Shown here in pieces: positions 23,399 to 31,599 of a stretch of DNA of 32,000 bases (position 1 is the stretch's first letter; each line of letters begins with the position of its first letter). The stretch spans positions 1 to 32,000 of the forward strand of contig JACPID010000011.1 of the NCBI GenBank assembly GCA_016188265.1, in the 5' to 3' direction. A program made the translations under genes and the position numbers. The notes beneath the pieces are model-generated. The model searched no databases and was not told the DNA's origin. It saw only the letters and a list, made by a program, of their open reading frames with translations. The stretch is from Candidatus Woesearchaeota archaeon. GTDB taxonomy: Archaea > Nanobdellota > Nanobdellia > Woesearchaeales > ARS49.

Positions 23399-25153
23399 AA
23401 GCAAAAGTTTTTGACAGGTCTGGTTATGAGATTTCCAAAAATAACTTATTTGATGATTTTATTTATTTTACTAGTTTTGTTTTTTTTAAGCAGTTGCAGT
23501 ACTCCTTGTGTTGAAGAAGGTCTTGAAAAGTGTTTTGGCACTAGAATGTTAAAGTGTGAAAATGGCTTATGGGCTTCTACTGGAAACTTTTGTGAGTTAA
23601 TGCCTGAACAAATCTCAAAAGAAGCGCCAAAGATTATAGTCTCAGAATATACAAAAACAAGCATTGCAATAACAAATTTATATGGTAGTGAACAGCAGGA
23701 AAAATCCTTTATTTCAGAAGTTGATGTTTTTAGTTCTAAGCCTGGAAAAATAAGTATTATTGATGAAGCAAATTTAATTGCTGGTGAAGAAAATTTAGGA
23801 GTTTGTGAAAAAGTTAAAGGTGTTCAAAAGCTTAAAGCAAATTTTGTTAAGTTAGATGCTCCTGAATTAGGAGTTCCTCAATATACTATTATACATTTGC
23901 TTGAAGAGCAAAAAGAAATATTGTATGAGTGCCCTCCAAATACTATTTTAAGAAAATCTGAAGCAACTGGCGAATTAGTATGCTATCCTGAAACAGTTTC
24001 TAAACCTGAATTAATAATTGAAATACCTGAACTTCTAACACAACAACCACAATTTCAACTTCCTGAATTAGTAGTGCCTGTTAAAGTTATTCCAGGAGTG
24101 TTTGAACCGCCTAAAATTATAAGCATAACTCCAATAACTCCAAGCATAACTCCTAGTATAATTCCAGAAATTCCTGAAGTAAGTCAATATTGTGGTAATG
24201 GTATAAAAGAGGATGCTGAGGTTTGTGATGGTAGTGTTGGTTGTGCTAGTGGCCAGAGTTGTTCACTGGACTGTTCTTATTGTTTTACTCCTGCAATAAC
24301 TGGACCTATTCCTGGAACTCCTCTTCCTCCTGCTGTTGCTGTTTGTGGTAATGGTGTAAAGGAAGGTGCTGAGGTTTGTGATGGTAGTGTTGGTTGTGCT
24401 AGTCCTGCTCAGTGTAGAAATGATTGTCAGCAGTGCATAACTCCTGCTATTTTAGTACCCCATGCTCCTCCTGTTTGTGAAGAAGGTGAGGATGTGCGTT
24501 ATTGTGTTTGCAACATGTTTAATAGTTTGGGTCATTGTTGTCCTCTTAATACTTACTGGAATGGTGTTCAATGCGCAGCTTATTTTGCTGGAGGTCCAAT
24601 AATAGTTGGAGTGCCACCAACACCAGATCTTGCATATGCAAGGGTTGTTGCAGATGTTTTTAGCGCTACTGGAAAAGTTGTTGCTGAACAAATTTCTGAA
24701 AAAAAAGAAGTTTATTATTGTTGCACTGACCAGCATGCTGGCAATTACATTGTTGAAACTAAAGATGTTCTTGAATGTATTAATTCTCATTCTTCTCTAG
24801 TTCTTGACAAGTGCGATGTTGGACCTCAAGCAATGGGCGCTTCAACTTTAAAAGAAGCTAAAGATCTTTGTTTGTACACTTATGCTTGTGTTGAAGATAA
24901 AATCCTCAAGTATTGTGGAGCAGAATATGTCAATAAAGCGCCAGCCGACAATTATCCTATAAAAGAGAAAGTTTATTGTCCGAAAAAAGTTGTTATTGCA
25001 ATTCCTCAAGAAGATGTAATCATAAACAAAATACTGGCTGTAAACAAAATAATGGTTGAATACCGGCCTATAAAATACATCGCTGTTTTGCAGCCAGTAA
25101 TTGTAGTCTTAGATAAAGAATGTGCTGAAAAAATAAGCGCGTTAAGACAATAG
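23384..25153 (+). CDS. Cys-rich secreted modular protein (paralogue B) with lipobox-like signal
   Basis: 'LMILFILLVLFFLSSC|STPC' is the signal, and the alternative start M15 lies at 23426. Two 'CGNG..E.AEVCDGSVGCAS' repeats are followed by 'PPVCEEGEDVRYCVCNMFNSLGHCCP' and then 'YARVVADVFSATGKVVAEQ'. Confidence 0.8.
   Translation: MARTIKQKFLTGLVMRFPKITYLMILFILLVLFFLSSCSTPCVEEGLEKCFGTRMLKCENGLWASTGNFCELMPEQISKEAPKIIVSEYTKTSIAITNLYGSEQQEKSFISEVDVFSSKPGKISIIDEANLIAGEENLGVCEKVKGVQKLKANFVKLDAPELGVPQYTIIHLLEEQKEILYECPPNTILRKSEATGELVCYPETVSKPELIIEIPELLTQQPQFQLPELVVPVKVIPGVFEPPKIISITPITPSITPSIIPEIPEVSQYCGNGIKEDAEVCDGSVGCASGQSCSLDCSYCFTPAITGPIPGTPLPPAVAVCGNGVKEGAEVCDGSVGCASPAQCRNDCQQCITPAILVPHAPPVCEEGEDVRYCVCNMFNSLGHCCPLNTYWNGVQCAAYFAGGPIIVGVPPTPDLAYARVVADVFSATGKVVAEQISEKKEVYYCCTDQHAGNYIVETKDVLECINSHSSLVLDKCDVGPQAMGASTLKEAKDLCLYTYACVEDKILKYCGAEYVNKAPADNYPIKEKVYCPKKVVIAIPQEDVIINKILAVNKIMVEYRPIKYIAVLQPVIVVLDKECAEKISALRQ
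24215..24252 (+). repeat. third exact copy (38 nt) of the CGNG-repeat core
   Basis: 'gctgaggtttgtgatggtagtgttggttgtgctagtgg' is identical to 22199-22236. Its first 35 nt are identical to 24368-24402. Confidence 0.85.
24341..24534 (+). repeat. composite repeat, copy in paralogue B
   Basis: This is the partner of 22172-22365. High similarity with scattered SNPs continues to ~24625 (A: ~22455). Confidence 0.9.
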
Positions 25154-25195
25154 TGATGTGGTGAAGTTTCACACATAAAAATTTATAAGTAATAA

Positions 25196-27610
25196 ATGTT
25201 ATTTGTTGTTAAAGTGCATAAAAAGAGGAAAAAAAGCTGTAAAAGCAGTAATAATGCTTTGAAAAACAAATATGTTAAGCCTTTAATAGTTTTAACTGTT
25301 TTATTTTTATTTATTGGATCTATTTTTTTATTTGAATCAACTGGTAATACATTACAGGATACATTTGATAATTTGTTTCAACAATCTGTTAAAAGAGCAG
25401 AAATATCCCCTTTTGATCCTGATCATTTTCAAACTCAATTTCTCAAAGGCAGTCCTGAAGATTTAAGAAATGAAGTTTCAGGAACTTTTACTCCTGATAG
25501 AAAAGGTGGTGGAATTTTTAGTAATAGAGTTAGTCCACATTACCCTGTTGATGGAATGATAAATATTCTTTTTGCTCCAAAATCAGATTGCCCAAGAAAA
25601 ATAATTACTACTAGAGATCCTGTTGAAACATCTTTTAGTCTTGACCTGGCTTATGCAATGACTCTTCCAGCTTTAACAGAAATGCCTTTGGTTGTTTTAC
25701 CTGAAAAAGAAGAAAAAAAAGAAGCTTTTGCTATTGGTATTCCCTCTTTTGGCTGTAGAATTAGTGTTGAAAAAATAAAAAATAATTTTGTTGTTAAAAC
25801 ACCAGATCAACAATTTGATCTTCCAGGATCTGATCAAGAAGGCTGCATTAAATCTTCTGCTGGTGAAGTTGCTGTGCCTCGGGGATTTAGTGGTAAAACA
25901 GGAGTTATTAATCTTGATGGTCCTTGTCCTCAAGGAATTGATGCTGTTATTAGCCAACTTGGTTTTAAACCTATTGGCAAAATTAAAACTTGTAATCCCG
26001 GAGAATATTGTTCTAATGGAAAATGCCTTTCAAGAAGTGTTATTAGGCAAGCAAAACCAGTAGCAGCTCCTGATTTAGTAACAGTAGCGCTGCCACCAAA
26101 AGCAGCAGAACAGGTAGAACAGGCTATACCTGCTCTAAGAATAGGTCTTCCAGGTCCTGCGCCTGCTGGTGAAGGTGAAACTCCTGGAAAAGGATTTTAT
26201 GTACCAGTTTGTGGTAATTTACAGATAGATTTCGGTGAAGAGTGTGAGACTGGTAGTGGTACTTGTCCAGAAGGTTTTACGTGTGGTTCTGATTGTAAGT
26301 GTAAGAAACCTGTTTGTGGCAATAGTAAGGTTGAGGCAGGTGAACTTTGCGATGGTGATGCTAGTTGTAAGATAAGCATAAGTGATTGTAAATATGATCC
26401 TAGTTGTCTTTCAGCGGATATAAAATGTGTTAATAATTGTGGCAGCTGTCTTTTTCCTGAGTGTAAAGACGGTCAGAAAGTAAAGTGGTGTCGTTGTGTA
26501 CCCCCACTCGCTATTTCACCCCCAATCGATCTTTCAAATACTAAGTTATGCACTTCACAAAAAATTAGTTCTGTTTGTGGTAATGGTATTAAAGAGAGTG
26601 GTGAAAAGTGTGAGGCGGATGGTGATTGTCCAGATGGTTCTGTTTGTGATGTAGGTACTAGTAGTAACACTTGTGTTTGTGTATTTGTACGCGAACCTGT
26701 ATACTACGTACCACCTCCATCTCCTGATTTAGTAACAGTAGCAAAGCAACCATTAGTTTGCCCTGATGGTTCTTATAAAGTATGGGAGAATGGTAAAGAA
26801 GTATGTAAATATTATTATGGTATAACTCCTGAATATACCCCGACAGCTCCACAAACAGGAATTATTATTGTAGGAGGACCAGCTGCAAACGCACCTTATT
26901 ATGCGCGAGTTGTTGCACCATTATTTACAGGAATGCAAACTGCAAATAATTGTCCTGATAAAATATTTTCTGAAGAATTTGAAGAAAATACTAAAGAAGA
27001 ATGTAGTTCTGAATCTGAAGCAATAACTAAAAATGAAATCTTAACAAGTCGTCGTTGTGGAGAATTATGCGGCGGTATTAATTGTAGATACAAACCTCCA
27101 GCAATAGTATTTGATTTAAAATATGAAGATAATACTTGTAAAATTGATATAAAATGTGATTGTGAACCTGCTGATGAAGAACCAACAACATTTCCTGGCG
27201 CTCCTAAACCTCCTATTGTGCCAATTCCAACTGGAGAGCCTGTTCCTCCAGAAACAGAACCTATTCCAGAAAGTGTAGTTGATGGTGGTGGTGGAATAAA
27301 TGAAGGTAATGACCCTAACTGTCCTGTTGAGGAAAAAGTAAAACCATCTTGTGAATTTAGTAAGCAACTAAAAGAATTAAGTGATAAACCTATAGGAGAT
27401 AAAAGTGTTTGTGATTCTGCAAACACTATTGAAAAATTACAGCTTAATTGTGAAGAAGCTTGTAATGCTGATTCAGAATATAAAAAGAAGCGAGAAACGT
27501 GTATTTGTTCACCTAAATTTCAAAAAACAGTTTCAGAATGTAAAGAAATACAATCAGGTATTTGGCAGAGTACAGTTTCAGGATCATGTTCTTGTTCATG
27601 TAGGTCGTAA
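25196..27610 (+). CDS. 804-aa N-terminally anchored Cys-rich modular protein (paralogue C)
   Basis: The basic N-terminus is followed by the TM 'PLIVLTVLFLFIGSIFLFESTGNT'. Three CGN..GE.C repeats are present, along with 'YARVVAPLFTGMQ'. The internal 22-nt exact repeat 26067-26088 = 26721-26742 encodes 'PDLVTVA'. Confidence 0.8.
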   Translation: MLFVVKVHKKRKKSCKSSNNALKNKYVKPLIVLTVLFLFIGSIFLFESTGNTLQDTFDNLFQQSVKRAEISPFDPDHFQTQFLKGSPEDLRNEVSGTFTPDRKGGGIFSNRVSPHYPVDGMINILFAPKSDCPRKIITTRDPVETSFSLDLAYAMTLPALTEMPLVVLPEKEEKKEAFAIGIPSFGCRISVEKIKNNFVVKTPDQQFDLPGSDQEGCIKSSAGEVAVPRGFSGKTGVINLDGPCPQGIDAVISQLGFKPIGKIKTCNPGEYCSNGKCLSRSVIRQAKPVAAPDLVTVALPPKAAEQVEQAIPALRIGLPGPAPAGEGETPGKGFYVPVCGNLQIDFGEECETGSGTCPEGFTCGSDCKCKKPVCGNSKVEAGELCDGDASCKISISDCKYDPSCLSADIKCVNNCGSCLFPECKDGQKVKWCRCVPPLAISPPIDLSNTKLCTSQKISSVCGNGIKESGEKCEADGDCPDGSVCDVGTSSNTCVCVFVREPVYYVPPPSPDLVTVAKQPLVCPDGSYKVWENGKEVCKYYYGITPEYTPTAPQTGIIIVGGPAANAPYYARVVAPLFTGMQTANNCPDKIFSEEFEENTKEECSSESEAITKNEILTSRRCGELCGGINCRYKPPAIVFDLKYEDNTCKIDIKCDCEPADEEPTTFPGAPKPPIVPIPTGEPVPPETEPIPESVVDGGGGINEGNDPNCPVEEKVKPSCEFSKQLKELSDKPIGDKSVCDSANTIEKLQLNCEEACNADSEYKKKRETCICSPKFQKTVSECKEIQSGIWQSTVSGSCSCSCRS

Positions 27611-27620
27611 TTGTATTAAA

Positions 27621-28238
27621 ATGATTCTTCAATTCCTTGGTCATGCTTCTTTTAAGCTGAAAACAAAACATACTGTTTGCTATATTGACCCTTATGTTAG
27701 TCCTGAAGTTAGTTTGGAAAAAGCTGATCTTATTCTTATTTCTCATGATGATTTTGACCATTTTAGTGAAGAAACAATTAAAAGAATTGAAACTCCTGAA
27801 ACAATTGTTGTTTCTTCTCCAAGAGTGTGTTCACGGTTGTACGCGTGCCAGCTTTTGCGCCCTCACTTTACTAAAACATTCAGAGATTTTTCTGTTACTG
27901 CAACAGAACTTTTTCACAAAGGACAACCTTACGGCATAGGATTTATAATTAAAGCAGAAGATAAAACAATTTATTTTACTTCAGACACAGAATTTAAAGA
28001 ATCTTTAAGTAAGCATAAAGCTGATATTTTAATTATTTCTGTTAGCGGTACTACAACTATGAATTATAAAAAAGCAGCAGAATTCAGCATTAAATTACAG
28101 CCTAAAATTGCTATACCTATGCATTTTGGAAAAATAGAAGGGCATCAGCATGATGCTGAATATTTCAAAGAATTAGTAGAAGCGCATAATAAAACAGAAG
28201 TTAGAATTTTAAATAAAGGAGAAGAAATTCTGCTTTGA
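27621..28238 (+). CDS. metallo-beta-lactamase-fold hydrolase (UPF0173-like)
   Basis: 'MILQFLGHASFKL' and 'LISHDDFDHF' are present, and the length is ~205 aa. The 27405 start in the track would overlap paralogue C and is rejected. Confidence 0.7.
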   Translation: MILQFLGHASFKLKTKHTVCYIDPYVSPEVSLEKADLILISHDDFDHFSEETIKRIETPETIVVSSPRVCSRLYACQLLRPHFTKTFRDFSVTATELFHKGQPYGIGFIIKAEDKTIYFTSDTEFKESLSKHKADILIISVSGTTTMNYKKAAEFSIKLQPKIAIPMHFGKIEGHQHDAEYFKELVEAHNKTEVRILNKGEEILL

Positions 28239-28643
28239 TTAACCGGATAGTTCTATTGCTAATCTTTTCTCGTCTAAAGGGAACATTCTTGCTATTTTTT
28301 TCGGGTGTATCTTAAGAAATTTAGCTATTTCAGGAGGTATTCTAAATACCAAAGAATTTCCTGATTTAACTACTGTAACTTGTTTTTCTAAACCAAATAA
28401 TTTTCTTTTTTTAACTTCACATTCAATTTCTTCAACAGTTTGATCACTTAAAAACTCACTTCCACAAGAAGTACATATTTCACAAGCTCTTTCGCCAAAA
28501 TCATGTCCGAAAAATTCAACAGAACAAAAACTTTTTTTAAGTTTTCCTCCGCAACTGCAAGGATAATCAAGTATTTCTTCCACAATTCTCACCATATCTT
28601 TATTGTAACAGGGTATATTTTCTTTAATTCTATTTTTTTCCAT
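28239..28643 (-). CDS. Zn-ribbon + AbrB/SpoVT-like fusion protein
   Basis: The Zn-ribbon part is 'CSCGGKLKK...CEICTSCGSEF' and the AbrB part is 'VTVVKSGNSLVFRIPPEIAKFLKI'. It overlaps the cysS 3' end by ~55 nt (less if M17 is the start). Confidence 0.6.
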   Translation of the reverse strand: MEKNRIKENIPCYNKDMVRIVEEILDYPCSCGGKLKKSFCSVEFFGHDFGERACEICTSCGSEFLSDQTVEEIECEVKKRKLFGLEKQVTVVKSGNSLVFRIPPEIAKFLKIHPKKIARMFPLDEKRLAIELSG

Positions 28644-30031
28644 CTAACACCGTGTGGTGTATCTTCAAGAAGAATTCCTTTTTTTTGTAATTCTGCTCTT
28701 ATATCATCACTTTTTTTCCAATCTTTTTCTTCGCGGGCTTTTTCTCTTTTATCAATTAGATTTTGTAATTCAGTTGAAAGTTTTTCTTCACCGACCTTTT
28801 CTAATCCTAGTCCTAAAACTTTGTCAAACTCTAGCATGCATTCTCGAACTAATTCAGCATCTTTCTTACTAATGTCTTCAAAAAGCGTATTTATTTCTTT
28901 TACTAGCTCAAAAACAGTTGCAAGTGCACTTGAAACTTCAAGATCATCATCTAATGATTTTGCAAATTCTTTTTTTGTTTTACTTATTAGCTTTTTAACT
29001 TCTAGATTAGTCTTGTTTGCATGGGCTTCTTTTAATCTTAACATAAAATCTTGCAATCTTTGAATAGCATTTTTTGATGCTTCTATGCCTTCAAAAGTAA
29101 AATTTAATTGTTGTCTATAATGCGTTGATAATAATACATATCTGACAGCTAATGGTTCATGTCCTTTAGCTAAAACATCTCTCAATGTGTAAAAATTTCC
29201 AGCTGATTTTGACATTTTTTTACCATCAACAACAAGCCACTCGTTATGCAACCAGTACTTTACAAAAGTTTTTCCTGTTGCCCCTTCTGATTGAGCTATT
29301 TCATTTTGATGATGTGGAAAGATTAAATCAACTCCTCCAGTATGCATGTCGAAGCTTTCTCCTAAGAATTTCATGCTCATAGCACTGCACTCAACGTGCC
29401 AGCCAGGACGCCCTTTTCCAATATAAGTCTCCCAGAATACATCACCATCTTTTTCATCCCAAGATTTCCATAATGCAAAATCTTGAACATGTTCTTTATC
29501 ATATTCATCAGCACTTACTCTTTCGCTTGCACCAGCTCGTAATTTTTTCAGATCAATATTTGCTAATCGTCCATATTTTTTGAACTTTTCAACACTATAG
29601 TAAATACTTCCATCTTCTGCTTTGTAAGCACGCCCTTTTTCTAAAAGTTTATTAATTAATTCCACCATTTCAGGAATTGTTTCTGTAGCTTTTGGAAAAA
29701 CATCTGCAAATTCAATATTGAGCATTTTTACATCTTCCATAAAAGCATTTGTGTATTTTTCAGTAAATTCCTTTAAAGAAACTCCAGATTTTTGTGAATC
29801 TCTGATTGTTTTATCATCTACATCAGTAATGTTCATTACGTGTTTAACAGAATAACCTTTATATTTCAAGTATCTTTTTAGCAAATCTGCAAAAACATAA
29901 GATCTAAAATTTCCAATATGTGCATAATTATAAACTGTTGGTCCGCAAGTATACAGTTTAACATTTCCTTTTTCCAAAGGCTTAAAAACCTCTTTTTTTC
30001 TTGTTAATGTGTTATAAAATTTTAAAGGCAT
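28589..30031 (-). CDS. cysS: cysteine--tRNA ligase
   Basis: The 'HIGN' motif ([10 protein letters not shown]) and the 'KMSKS' motif are both present. The length is 480 aa. Confidence 0.95.
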   Translation of the reverse strand: MPLKFYNTLTRKKEVFKPLEKGNVKLYTCGPTVYNYAHIGNFRSYVFADLLKRYLKYKGYSVKHVMNITDVDDKTIRDSQKSGVSLKEFTEKYTNAFMEDVKMLNIEFADVFPKATETIPEMVELINKLLEKGRAYKAEDGSIYYSVEKFKKYGRLANIDLKKLRAGASERVSADEYDKEHVQDFALWKSWDEKDGDVFWETYIGKGRPGWHVECSAMSMKFLGESFDMHTGGVDLIFPHHQNEIAQSEGATGKTFVKYWLHNEWLVVDGKKMSKSAGNFYTLRDVLAKGHEPLAVRYVLLSTHYRQQLNFTFEGIEASKNAIQRLQDFMLRLKEAHANKTNLEVKKLISKTKKEFAKSLDDDLEVSSALATVFELVKEINTLFEDISKKDAELVRECMLEFDKVLGLGLEKVGEEKLSTELQNLIDKREKAREEKDWKKSDDIRAELQKKGILLEDTPHGVRWKKIELKKIYPVTIKIW

Positions 30032-30052
30032 ATTTGATGTTATAAAGATAAT

Positions 30053-30062
30053 ACTTATAAAT
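30053..30062 (+). promoter_or_regulatory. TATA-like element in the divergent cysS / DUF1385 intergenic region
   Basis: 'acttataaat' lies 23-32 nt before the ATG at 30085. Confidence 0.3.
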
Positions 30063-30084
30063 CTTTATTTCTTTTAGTAAAAGC

Positions 30085-30930
30085 ATGAAAGAATATGTAG
30101 GAGGCCAGGCAGTTATTGAAGGAGTTATGATGAGATCTTCTTCTCATGTTGCTACAGCAGTTAGAAAACCTGATGGCAAGATTGTTATTAAAAAACAAGA
30201 ATTTGAATCTATTACAAAAAAAAACAAATTATTATCTTTGCCAGTGATTCGCGGCATTATTTTTCTTTTTGAAATGATGATTTTCGGAGTTAAAACTTTG
30301 ATGTGGAGTGCTGAACAACAAGAAAATAATAAAAAACAAAAATTATCTACATCTGAGCTTTTTTGGACTTTATTTATTTCATTTACTATTACAATACTTT
30401 TATTTATAGTGCTGCCTTTTTATCTTACTAAGATTTTTATTAAAACTCCAACAACAGGATTTCACTTGCTTGATGGCTTGTTTCGCTTAAGTGTTTTTTT
30501 AGGCTACATTATTATTCTTGGTTTTTCTAAAGATGTTTGCCGAATTTTTCAATACCATGGCGCAGAACACAAGACAGTAAATTGTTATGAATCAAAACTT
30601 TCTTTAACAATTAAAAATGTAAAAAAGTTTCCTACAGCACACCCTAGATGTGGAACAAGTTTAATTGTTGTTGTAATAGCATTAAGCATTGTTATTTTTG
30701 CACTAATAAAAACTCCAATTTGGTATGTTAATCTTGCACAAAGAATTATTTTTATCCCACTAATAGCTGGTCTTGGCTATGAAATTGCAAAATTTTTAGC
30801 ATTAAGATATGATAAAAAGTTTTGGTTTTGGCTTACCAAACCAGGAATGTGGACCCAATCCTTAACAACAAAAGAACCTGATGAAAAACAAATAGAAGTT
30901 GCAATTAAAGCATTAAAGAATGTTATTTAA
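30085..30930 (+). CDS. DUF1385-family membrane protein
   Basis: 'VGGQAVIEGVMMRS' at the N-terminus, 'YHGAEHK' and several TM segments are present. Confidence 0.7.
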   Translation: MKEYVGGQAVIEGVMMRSSSHVATAVRKPDGKIVIKKQEFESITKKNKLLSLPVIRGIIFLFEMMIFGVKTLMWSAEQQENNKKQKLSTSELFWTLFISFTITILLFIVLPFYLTKIFIKTPTTGFHLLDGLFRLSVFLGYIIILGFSKDVCRIFQYHGAEHKTVNCYESKLSLTIKNVKKFPTAHPRCGTSLIVVVIALSIVIFALIKTPIWYVNLAQRIIFIPLIAGLGYEIAKFLALRYDKKFWFWLTKPGMWTQSLTTKEPDEKQIEVAIKALKNVI

Positions 30931-31042
30931 TTTTAGTAAGCTTTATAAAGTCTTTAATCTTTGCTATGTTCTAGAATAACAATATCTAGAACTTTGAAGT
31001 GTGTATTCTTTGTTCTTTTTTTGTTATCGGAGGAAGAGAAAT

Positions 31043-31225
31043 ATGAGAGAATTTAACAGAGGCGGAGGTTACAGAAGAGATTTTGGAAGAGATTCTTCTA
31101 CACCACCTCAAAAGTTTAAAGCAGTTTGCACTGACTGTAAAGCAGAATGTGAGGTTCCTTTTGAACCAAAACAAGGCAGACCAGTACGTTGCATGCCATG
31201 TCATAAAAAATTTAAAGGATACTAG
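31043..31225 (+). CDS. small CxxC-x17-CxxC zinc-finger protein with RGG-like N-terminus
   Basis: 'CTDCKAECEVPFEPKQGRPVRCMPC' has exactly 17 residues between the two Cys pairs. 'NRGGGYRRDFGRD' forms the N-terminus, and the SD 'ggagg' lies at 31029-31033. Confidence 0.65.
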   Translation: MREFNRGGGYRRDFGRDSSTPPQKFKAVCTDCKAECEVPFEPKQGRPVRCMPCHKKFKGY

Positions 31226-31306
31226 ATTCCTTAGATAAAAATTATATTTTTTTCTTTTTTTTTTCAAAACCTTTTTAAGTAATTCTTGTTTTTTTGGATT
31301 AAGTTT

Positions 31307-31398
31307 GGGCCCGTAGCTTAGCCTGGTGGAGCGCTCGACTGATAACTGCATCAAGGCTAGATATCGAGAGGTCGAGAGTTCAAATCTCTCCGGGCCCA
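31307..31398 (+). tRNA. tRNA-Ile (anticodon GAU) with an 18-nt intron at the canonical 37/38 position
   Basis: The acceptor stem is gggcccg/cgggccc. The D arm is gctt-agcctggtgga-agc-like. The anticodon stem is ctcga...tcgag with loop c-t-GAT-a-a interrupted by ~'actgcatcaaggctagat'. The T arm is gagag-ttcaaat-ctctc and the discriminator is A. Confidence 0.85.
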
Positions 31399-31599
31399 CT
31401 TTTTATTTTGAAAGAAAGCCCGACTGTCCAACATGCTTAAAGCGAGAAATCTTTTTTCCATCAATATCCTTAACATGTTCAAGAAACATTGGTTTTGGTT
31501 TTGCCCATAATGCATTCTTACCAAAATCCTTAGAATCATAGAGAGCATGATAGACAACTAATTCTTCCAATTTGAATGGAGTTAAAGATTAAATACTTT

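Noticed and set aside
22172-24691. Diversity-generating retroelement (TR/VR pair) to explain the near-identical blocks
   Set aside because: Differences between the copies are not restricted to adenine positions. No reverse transcriptase gene is present in the window. The variable segment is bounded by exact blocks, which looks more like gene conversion.
25154-25195. Small imperfect hairpin 'atgtggtgaa-g-ttcacacat' between paralogues B and C
   Set aside because: The stem has a bulge and the loop is too short to close as drawn. It is not distinguishable from chance in a 42-nt spacer.
16427-27367. Numerous 60-175-aa ORFs antisense or out of frame within the island genes (for example 17240-17653, 17970-18365, 18766-19104, 22160-22570, 24452-24790, 26899-27426)
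   Set aside because: Each is fully embedded in a longer ORF whose repeat and Cys-module structure is coherent. The embedded ORFs show no independent signal, such as start context or motifs.
15921-27610. C-terminal archaeosortase/exosortase-type sorting signals (PGF-CTERM, PEF-CTERM and similar) on the island proteins
   Set aside because: All six C-termini ('..WIVEQTS', '..VNPNIYN', '..CEEFIH', '..EEYCSC', '..ISALRQ', '..CSCSCRS') lack a terminal hydrophobic helix plus basic tail.
27405-27620. N-terminal 72-aa extension of the MBL-fold hydrolase ORF
   Set aside because: It overlaps the 3' end of paralogue C in another frame and has a low-complexity K/F/V-rich translation. The family-typical start 'MILQFLGHASF' is at 27621.
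30986-31541. Track ORFs 30986-31399 (-), 31326-31541 (+) and 31357-31557 (-)
   Set aside because: They overlap the tRNA-Ile gene and the small zinc-finger gene. The translations are low-quality and have no motif support.
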